DNA from: Chthoniobacterales bacterium
GTDB lineage: Bacteria; Verrucomicrobiota; Verrucomicrobiia; Chthoniobacterales; Chthoniobacteraceae
Length of the DNA: 64,000 nt
Direction: 5' to 3'
NCBI GenBank assembly: GCA_038207335.1
Contig: JBBQZX010000006.1
Span: 1 to 64,000 of the forward strand
The notes beneath the pieces are model-generated. The model had not been told where the DNA came from. It saw only the letters and a program-made list of their open reading frames with translations, and ran no database searches. Below are positions 52,862 to 61,400 of this stretch, in pieces. The translations under genes and the position numbers were made by a program. How positions within the stretch are numbered: position 1 is the first letter of the stretch; each line of letters begins with the position of its first letter.

Positions 52862-53005
52862 TCATGCCGAACGCCCGCGCCGATGCGCGAGCGACGGGGG
52901 ACCCAAACACTTTTCCGCGCAAGCGGGAAATCGGGGCGTGCGGTGCCTGCGGGCACCGGGAGCACTTGGTGGCTCCAGCCCGACAGCTAACCTCGCAGGC
53001 CCACA
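52862..53005 (+). ncRNA. c-di-AMP (ydaO/yuaA) riboswitch
   Basis: GCCGAA...ACGGGGGACCC...GGGGCG...CCCGACAGCTAACCTCGCAGGC match the family's conserved blocks; directly upstream of kup. Confidence 0.8.
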
Positions 53006-53092
53006 CCGAGTGCAAGGAAACGGCTCCTTTTTCTCACGAAAAAGCGCGCGTCCCCAGACTCCGAAGGACGCAGCCAGACCGCGCCGCCGCAT

Positions 53093-55027
53093 GTGGCTCG
53101 GTCGCCGACAAACATCACACTGAATACTACCGCACCCGCGCCGGCGCATCCCGCCGCCGCTTCCACGCCGGCTCACGCGAACCGGCCCGGCCTCCTCATC
53201 CTCTCACTCGCCGCGCTCGGCGTCGTCTTTGGCGACATCGGCACGAGTCCGCTCTACGCCATGCGGGAGTGCTTCAATGGCCCGCACGGCATGGCGCCGA
53301 CACACGCCAATATCTTTGGCGTCCTGTCGCTCATTTTCTGGGCGCTCATTGTCGTCATTTCGGTGAAATATCTCGTCTTCATCCTGCGCGCGGACAATCG
53401 CGGGGAAGGCGGCATCCTCGCGCTCTCCGCGCTTGCTGGGCGCGTGAAGCCGAGCCACTGGCTCGCGATGTGCGGACTCTTCGGCGCGGCGCTGTTGTAC
53501 TCCGACGGCATGATCACGCCGGCCATCACCGTGCTCGGCGCGGTCGAGGGTCTCGAGATCGCCACGCCGCGCCTCCAGCCATTCGTGCAGCCGATCACCA
53601 TCGTCATTCTCATCGGCATCTTCCTCGTGCAAAGCCGTGGCACGGCGAAAATCGGCGCTCTTTTCGGGCCGGTCACGCTGCTGTGGTTCATCGTCATCAG
53701 TGCTCTCGGCATCGTGGAAATCGCGCACACTCCGGCGATCCTCGGCGCGCTCAGCCCGCATCACGCGGTCGCCTTTTTCCTCCATCACGGCTGGTCCGGC
53801 TTCCTGGTGCTCGGCGCGGTTTTCCTCGTCGTCACCGGAGGGGAGGCGCTTTACGCCGACATCGGCCACTTCGGCATCCGCCCCATCCGGCTCGTCTGGT
53901 TTTCGCTCGTGCTGCCGTCGCTCGTGCTGAATTACCTCGGCCAGGGCGCACTTCTCTTGCGCAATCCCGCGGCGACCGAAAACCCGTTCTACGCCCTCGC
54001 GCCGTCGTGGGCGCTCTACCCGGTCGTCGGCCTCGCCGCGTGCGCCGCAGTCATCGCGTCGCAGGCGCTCATCACCGGCGCATTTTCGCTCACGATGCAG
54101 GCCGTGCAGATGGGCTACAGCCCGCGCCTCACGATCCGCCACACCTCCGCGAGCACGATGGGCCAAATCTACCTGCCGCTCGTGAATTGGGCGCTCATGT
54201 TCTCCTGCATCGCGCTCGTCCTCGCCTTCAAATCCTCCAGCAATCTCGCCGCCGCGTACGGCGTGTCGATCACGAGCACCATGCTCATCACGACCATGCT
54301 CTTCTACGTCGTCGCCCGCTGGCAGTGGAAATGGCACCCGCTCGCCGCGGCCGCGGTCACCGCTGGATTCCTCTTCATCGACATCGCATTTCTCTTTTCA
54401 AATCTCGCGAAAATCCTGCACGGCGGCTGGTTCCCGCTGCTCGTGGCTGCGGTTATCTTCGCGCTCTTCTGCACCTGGCAGCGCGGCCGTGAGGCGCTCG
54501 CTGCGCGGATGAAAAAGCAGGCGCTTCCCCTTGCCGATCTCCTCGCCGATCTCCGCGACCACTCTCCGCACCGCGTGCGCGGCACCGCGTTTTTCATGTC
54601 GGGAAATCCCAACGGCACCCCTGTCGCGCTGCTGCACAATCTCAAGCACAACCAAGTCCTCCACGAGCGCGTCGTCATCCTTTGCGTCCGCACCGACGAG
54701 TCGCCGCACGTCCCGCTCGCCGACCGTGTGAGCATCGACTGCCTCGACCTCGGCTTCTGGCGCATGACGTTGCGATTCGGCTTCATGGACGAGCCCGACG
54801 TGCCCGCCTCGCTCGAGCATATCTCGTGTCCCGAGTTCGCATTCGAGCCGATGAAAAGCAGCTTCTTCCTCGGGCGCGAAACCATCCTCGCCTCGCACAA
54901 GCGCGGCCTCTGGAGCTGGCGCGAAACGCTGTTCGCGTGGATGTCGCAAAATGCACGCGACGCCACTTCCTTCTTCCGTCTCCCTCCAAATCGCGTCGTC
55001 GAGCTCGGCTCGCGAGTCGTGATCTAA
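53093..55027 (+). CDS. kup: KUP/HAK/KT potassium uptake protein
   Basis: GVVFGDIGTSPLYA, ADNRGEGG, TGGEALYAD.GHFG, GQIYLP, RFGFMD. Confidence 0.95.
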   Translation: MARSPTNITLNTTAPAPAHPAAASTPAHANRPGLLILSLAALGVVFGDIGTSPLYAMRECFNGPHGMAPTHANIFGVLSLIFWALIVVISVKYLVFILRADNRGEGGILALSALAGRVKPSHWLAMCGLFGAALLYSDGMITPAITVLGAVEGLEIATPRLQPFVQPITIVILIGIFLVQSRGTAKIGALFGPVTLLWFIVISALGIVEIAHTPAILGALSPHHAVAFFLHHGWSGFLVLGAVFLVVTGGEALYADIGHFGIRPIRLVWFSLVLPSLVLNYLGQGALLLRNPAATENPFYALAPSWALYPVVGLAACAAVIASQALITGAFSLTMQAVQMGYSPRLTIRHTSASTMGQIYLPLVNWALMFSCIALVLAFKSSSNLAAAYGVSITSTMLITTMLFYVVARWQWKWHPLAAAAVTAGFLFIDIAFLFSNLAKILHGGWFPLLVAAVIFALFCTWQRGREALAARMKKQALPLADLLADLRDHSPHRVRGTAFFMSGNPNGTPVALLHNLKHNQVLHERVVILCVRTDESPHVPLADRVSIDCLDLGFWRMTLRFGFMDEPDVPASLEHISCPEFAFEPMKSSFFLGRETILASHKRGLWSWRETLFAWMSQNARDATSFFRLPPNRVVELGSRVVI

Positions 55028-55159
55028 GTGAAGATCGCGAAGCGGGACATTCCTTGAAGCCTGCTAAGTTTTCACGGGGCTCGCGATTTTGGTACGCACT
55101 CGTATCATTGCGCCCGCTTCGCGACTCGCCGATGTTCGCGGGGTTCACGTTTTTGCTTC

Positions 55160-56254
55160 ATGAAAAAATTTGCGGTCATCTTCCTCCTCCTCGCTCTCGC
55201 CGGCGGTGGGTATTGGTATTTTAAAAAGGACCAGCTGGCGGTTGGGAAAATGGGCGCTCCAACCTCTGCGGCTCAGCTTGTGGCAAAGGCGGAGAAGCGA
55301 GACATCGATTTCACCGTCGAGATCAGCGGCGATGTGACGCCTGCGTTTCAGCTTGAGGTAAAGGCGGAGGTCGGCGGGAAATTGAAGGCGCTGCACGTCG
55401 AGCCGGGCGCGGTCGTGAAAGAAGGGGATGTGCTCGCGGAAATCGACGACCGCGATCTTCTCACGGAGCGGGACAATGCGCTCACCGAGATCGACGGCGC
55501 GAAGCTGTCGTTGGACAAGGACAAGCGCAATTTTGACCGCGGCAGGGAGCTCTTCGATGCGAAGCTCATCAGCCGTGAGGTCTTCGACAACTTGGGATCG
55601 GCGGCCGCCATCGCGGAAAACACGCTGACCAAAGCGCAGCGCAAATTGCAGATCGTGGACGACAAGCTTTTGAAGACCAAAGTCCTAGCGCCGAATGGCG
55701 GGACGGTGCTGACGGTTCCAGTGATCGAGGGTCAGGTGGTGATCGCCGCCGCGAGCGTGAATAGCGGCACGACGCTGATGACTTTGGCGAATCTGACGAA
55801 GCTGCTCGTCGCGACGCATATCAACCAGGTCGATGTCGCGCGGCTCGAGCTCAATCAGCCTGTGAAGCTGCGCGCCGAGTCACTGAAGGATGCCGATCTT
55901 CAAGCGAGAATTTCCTTCATCGCGCCGATCGCGACGGTGAAAAACGCGGTGAAGGGCTTTGAGGTGCAGGCGCTCATCGAGAAGTCTGATCCGCGTCTGC
56001 GTCCCGGCATGACGGTAAATATTTCCGTCCCGATCGCGCGTGCCGACAACGCGGTATCCGTCCCGATTTCCGCGGTCTTCAAAGGCGAGGGGAGAACGAA
56101 AGTCGTTTATGTCCGCAACGGCGAGGCGACCGAAAAACGCGAGGTGAAAATAGGCGTCACGAATATCGACTACGCGCAAATCCTGAACGGCCTCGCCGAG
56201 GGTGAAGACGTGTTGCTGGTGGAGCCGGATCGCACCCCGGCAAAGAAATCGTGA
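55160..56254 (+). CDS. MacA-like membrane fusion protein
   Basis: N-terminal TM; VKAEVGG..VKEGDVLA, APNGGTV, LRPGMT, VPISAV. Confidence 0.9.
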   Translation: MKKFAVIFLLLALAGGGYWYFKKDQLAVGKMGAPTSAAQLVAKAEKRDIDFTVEISGDVTPAFQLEVKAEVGGKLKALHVEPGAVVKEGDVLAEIDDRDLLTERDNALTEIDGAKLSLDKDKRNFDRGRELFDAKLISREVFDNLGSAAAIAENTLTKAQRKLQIVDDKLLKTKVLAPNGGTVLTVPVIEGQVVIAAASVNSGTTLMTLANLTKLLVATHINQVDVARLELNQPVKLRAESLKDADLQARISFIAPIATVKNAVKGFEVQALIEKSDPRLRPGMTVNISVPIARADNAVSVPISAVFKGEGRTKVVYVRNGEATEKREVKIGVTNIDYAQILNGLAEGEDVLLVEPDRTPAKKS

Positions 56255-56266
56255 GGCGCTAGCACG

Positions 56267-56962
56267 ATGGCGCTCATCGAGCTTAAAAACGTCGTCAAGC
56301 GGTACCGCGTCGGCGAACAGGAAATTCTAGCACTCGACGGGATTGATCTCGAGATCGCGCAGGGCGAATACGCGTCGATCATCGGGCCAAGCGGCAGTGG
56401 AAAATCGACTCTCATGCACCTGCTTGGCTGTCTCGATACGCCGACCTCCGGCACCATGCATATCGACGGCGTGGACGTGAGCCGGGCGGGCTCGAACAAG
56501 CTCAGTGAGATGCGGAACCAGAAGATCGGGTTCGTGTTCCAGTCATTCAATTTGCTCGGCAAATTCACCGTCCTGCAAAACGTCGAACTGCCGATGATCT
56601 ACGCTGGTGTTAGCGCAAAGGAGCGCCGCGAACGGGCACTCGACGCCATTGAGCGAGTCGGCCTCACGAACCGCGTCAAGAACACACCGCTCCAGCTCAG
56701 TGGCGGGCAGATGCAGCGCGTCGCGATTGCCCGCGCACTCGTGAACCGCCCGCGCATCGTTTTTGCCGACGAACCAACCGGCAACCTCGACTCGAAAACC
56801 GGCGCCACGATCCTCGAGCTTTTCCGTGAAATTAGCGAGCAAGGCAGCACGATCGTCCTCGTCACGCACGACAGCAAAATCGCCGCGCAGACTCCTAGGC
56901 GCATCGAGATTAAAGACGGGAAGATAGTGACCGAGTCGGCAGAAATGGAGGTCACGGCATGA
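56267..56962 (+). CDS. ABC ATP-binding protein (MacB/LolD-type)
   Basis: [43 protein letters not shown]. Confidence 0.95.
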   Translation: MALIELKNVVKRYRVGEQEILALDGIDLEIAQGEYASIIGPSGSGKSTLMHLLGCLDTPTSGTMHIDGVDVSRAGSNKLSEMRNQKIGFVFQSFNLLGKFTVLQNVELPMIYAGVSAKERRERALDAIERVGLTNRVKNTPLQLSGGQMQRVAIARALVNRPRIVFADEPTGNLDSKTGATILELFREISEQGSTIVLVTHDSKIAAQTPRRIEIKDGKIVTESAEMEVTA

Positions 56963-58290
56963 ACCTCTGGCTCGGTCTTCTCATCGGGATCAAAGAAATT
57001 TGGGCGCATAAATTTCGCAGCTTCCTCACGATGCTCGGGGTCATCCTCGGCGTCGCGTCGCTGCTGAGCATGTTCGCTTTGACGGCTGGAATCGCGAAGG
57101 GGATGCGCGAGTACATGCAGCAAATCGGCGGCATTGAGCGCGTCGGGATCATCACGCAGGATGTGCCACAGGATCAGGAGGGATTCTCCGAAATCTCGCA
57201 GGGACGCACGGTCGCGGATGCGGAGGCGATCGCCACCTGCTGGCCGGCAGTGTCGTACGTCACGCCGGTTTCCGAGCTCGGCACGGCGGCGCTCACGCGC
57301 GGAAACCAGACTTTTCGCACAAGCGTCGCCGGGGGCTGGCCGGACTACGTGCCGATCAACAAGCACGAGATCGCACATGGGCGGAACATCACTTTTCTCG
57401 ACGTGGAGCAGGCACGGCACGTCTGCGTGATCGGCAATCTCACGACGCAAAAACTGTGGCCCGAGAAAAAGGATTTCGACCCCGTCGGCGAGACAATCTC
57501 GATCAATGGCAGCCCGTTCGTCGTCGTCGGGCAGTTCACATTTTACGAGCGCGAGGAGGACAAGCGGCGGCGCGAACTCGGCCTGAACAGCGCGCCGTCG
57601 AAAAGCGGTCGCTCGCGCGGCAAGGGCTGGTCGCCCTTCGAGCGCAAGAACAGCACCGTGCTCATCCCGATCACCACGATGTTCTACGATTTCAAAAGCA
57701 CGACGATGGTCGGCAAAGAGGACGGCGGGCCGAATTACAAACTAGACCAACTCTCCTTCCAAGTCGCCAACACCGACAAGATCGAGGAGACGCTCGAGCG
57801 CGTGCACGACGCCGTGAGCGTGACACACCGCGGCATTGAGGATTTCGGCTTCGACACGCGGCAGGAATGGGCCGACGCGATCGAGCAAAACATCCGCAAC
57901 ACGCGCATGAGCGGCGGCATCATCGCGGGCATCTCGCTGCTCGTCGGCGGCTTCGGCATCTCGAATATCTTGCTGGCGTCGATCTCGGAGCGCATCCGCG
58001 AGATCGGAGTCCGGCGCGCTGTCGGGGCGAAAGGGCGCGACATCTTCGTGCAAATCATCGTCGAGAGCGCCGTGATCGGCTTCATCGGCGGAGTGCTCGG
58101 GCTCTTCGCAAGCTTTGGCGTCATGCAGATTCTCGTATCCATTTCGCCGGCGGAAAACGCGCCCATCGTCGAGCTCTCGAGCGTGCTCGTGAGCTTTAGC
58201 TTTGCACTCATCATCGGCGTCGTAAGCGGCCTCTACCCCGCGTGGAAAGCCAGCCACCTCGACCCGATCGAAGCGCTGCGCTACGGGTAG
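56959..58290 (+). CDS. MacB/FtsX-type ABC permease
   Basis: [44 protein letters not shown]. Confidence 0.92.
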   Translation: MNLWLGLLIGIKEIWAHKFRSFLTMLGVILGVASLLSMFALTAGIAKGMREYMQQIGGIERVGIITQDVPQDQEGFSEISQGRTVADAEAIATCWPAVSYVTPVSELGTAALTRGNQTFRTSVAGGWPDYVPINKHEIAHGRNITFLDVEQARHVCVIGNLTTQKLWPEKKDFDPVGETISINGSPFVVVGQFTFYEREEDKRRRELGLNSAPSKSGRSRGKGWSPFERKNSTVLIPITTMFYDFKSTTMVGKEDGGPNYKLDQLSFQVANTDKIEETLERVHDAVSVTHRGIEDFGFDTRQEWADAIEQNIRNTRMSGGIIAGISLLVGGFGISNILLASISERIREIGVRRAVGAKGRDIFVQIIVESAVIGFIGGVLGLFASFGVMQILVSISPAENAPIVELSSVLVSFSFALIIGVVSGLYPAWKASHLDPIEALRYG

Positions 58291-58420
58291 CGCTCGCGAG
58301 GAACGGAAAAAGGAAGCCGCTGCGCATGCCGCCGGTTGCGATTTTTTGCTGAAGTCGTAGGCTCGCAACACACTCCCCACTCGCGACTTCGCAACCGCAA
58401 GTCGCTCCCCCTCCACGCCA

Positions 58421-61400
58421 ATGTTTCCCAAACGCCTCCCGCTTGCCATCGTCGGCCTTTTCCTTGCGCTCGTCACTGCGGCGCTCGCCGCTCCGACGGT
58501 TGTAACGATCAATCCCGCGCCCGGGACAGTCAGTTCGCTGACTCAAATCGGCGTGACATTTAGCGAAGCCGTCGCGGGCGTCGATGCGAACGACCTCCTC
58601 ATCAACAATGAGGCGGCGTTCGGTCTCACCGGTTCGGGTGCGGGGCCTTACACGTTCACCTTCACGCAGCCGCTCCCCGGCGCGGTGAATATCACATGGG
58701 ATTTCGACCACGGCATCAGCGGGATCGGAACGGGTGCATTTATCCGAAATACGTGGAGCTACACGCTGCTCGACACGCTGCCGCCGACGATCGCTCAGGT
58801 TAAAACGTCGGTCGCGGGTCAGGAGCAGTTGGCGATCGCGCCGCTGCCAGGCTCGGTCGTCGGTGTGCTAACAAGCGTGGAAGTGACATTCAGCGAACCG
58901 GTCGTGGGCGTGGATGCTGGGGATTTGAAAGTGAATGGTGCGGCGACTGCGACGGCGCTCTCCGGGAGCGGTGCGGGGCCGTATGTATTCACGATCCCGC
59001 AACCGGCGACGGGCGCGGTCACTTTTTCGTGGACGACGGGGCACGGGATCACGGATGTCTCGCCGGCGGCAAATGAGTTCGCGGGCGGTTCATGGAGTTT
59101 GACCGTGAACGCGGGCGGCGCTGGCGCGCTGACGATCAACGAATTTCTCGCGGCAAATGCGACGAGCATCGCCGACGAGAATGGCGATCAGAATGACTGG
59201 ATCGAAATTTACAATCCGGGCGCGTCGGCAGTGAACCTCGCGGGCTGGAGTTTGACAACCGATCCCGACCAGCCGGCGGGATGGATTTTCCCAAGCAGGA
59301 CCATCGCAGCCGGCGGCTACCTCGTAGTTTTCGCGTCGGCCAAAGACCGAAAGCCGGCGAGCGGGAATCTGCACGCGAACTTCAAACTGAACGAAACCGG
59401 CGGCTACCTCGCACTGATGTCGCCAGATTCTCCGCGCGCGGTCGCGACGAAATTCGACCCATATCCCGTCCAGCGCTACGACTTCAGCTACGGTCCGCAG
59501 ACCGGTGGGGCGCTTCGATATTTCGCGCGTCCGCTGCCCGTGACGAACTCCGACACGCGACCCGGCACGGCCAATGGCACGAGCGCGCTCACTGGCGTAA
59601 CGCCGAAGCCCGCCGTCTCGACCGCGCGCGGTTTTTTCAAGGATCCCTTTTCCCTCCTCCTGAGCTGCACGGACTCGGCGGCGACGATCCGCTACACGCT
59701 CGACGGCAGCGACGTGACTCTCACGAGCCCGACTTACTCCGCGCCTCTGGCGATCAGCGCAACCACCCTGCTGCGCATCGCGGCGTTCGGCGCGAACGCG
59801 ATCCCTAGCGCGACGGTGACGCACAGTTACTTGTTCCTCGACAAGGTTTTCGATCAAACGAGCCCGCCGTACGACAATCCGGCTCGGTCCGACGACAACT
59901 CGAATCCGCAACCGCCGAGCGTCGGCGGCGTCCCGTTACCGGTCGCGTGGGGGACCAACGGGGCAATGACTTTCCCGGCGGTGCAAATCACGAATCTCAA
60001 CAACAATCAGGTGCCAGCGGACTACGGGATGGACCCGGAGATTTACTCTGACGCGACGAAGTACGATGACACCGGCGCAGTGAACAACGCGACGGGGAAA
60101 ACGAACATGGAACGGATTAAGCAGGGGCTTCGCGACCTGCCGATGATCTCGGTCGTTTTGAAATCCGACGACATGTGGGGACCAGCCGGGATGTATTCGA
60201 ATTCGACGGTGAAAGGCTCGCAATTCGAGAAAGCGTGTTCGATCGAAATGGTGCTCCCGGACGGCTCGACGGCGTTCGCGACGACGTGCGGGATTCGCAT
60301 TCACGGGAATTCGAGCCGCAATCCGCAGAATGACGCAAAGCACGGCTTCAATCTGAATTTCAAAGGCGACTACGGTTCCGCGAGCCTCGACTACCAGCTC
60401 TTCCCGGACTCGCCGGCGAAGAAGCTCGACGACTTGGTTTTGCGCGGGGATTACAACTCAAGCTGGCTTCACTGGGACGGAACCACTGGGATCAATGGCC
60501 AGCGGATTCGCGCGAATCGGCTGCGGGACGCGTACTGCAAAGACACCTTCCGCGCGATGAGCGGGCTCGCGAGCCACAACCGCTACGTCAACCTTTTCAT
60601 CAACGGGGTTTATTGGGGAACCTACGACCCGACGGAGAAGGAATCCGACTCCTTTGCCGCCAACTATCTCGGCGGCGACAAAAGCGATTACGACGTTTAC
60701 GAGCAGGGTCTTTTGAAGGCCGGCACGACGACGGCTTACACCGCGATGACGTCGATCGCGTCGCCGATCGACAACACGAAATACGAGCTGATGAAGCAGT
60801 ATCTCGATATTCCGGAGTTCGTTGATTACATGCTGTTCCACTTCTGGACCGGGCATCAGGACTGGGGCGACGATCCGAGCAAGAATTGGTACGCAGTGCG
60901 AAACCGAACGAAAAATGGGACCTTCAAATACCTGCCTTGGGACCAAGAAAATCTGCTGTGGGATCCGGCGGTGGACCGTACGGGCGTCCCATCTCCGCCG
61001 TCTGGGTTGCATCCAAAACTCGTGACGAATGCGCAGTACCAGCTTGATTTCGCCGACCGCGTGCATCGCCATCTCGTCGCGCTCGACGGCGCACTGCAGC
61101 CGGTGGCGAGCACCGCGCGTTTTAATAAATGGAAGTCCGTGTTGACCAATGCGATCGCGGGCGAATCGGCGCGGTGGGGCGATTACCGACGTGACGTGCA
61201 TCAGTACAGCTCCGCGACCTACCCGCTCTACACTTGGAATGGCCACTGGATCGCGGAATGCAATCGCCTCACGAGCACTTACTTCCCCGTTCGCACGACC
61301 AACGTCCTCGCGCAGCTCCGCGCTCGCTCGCTCTACCCCACGCTCAATGCCGTGCAATATGCGAATAACGCGAACGGCACCGTGCTCGCGAGCCAACGCG

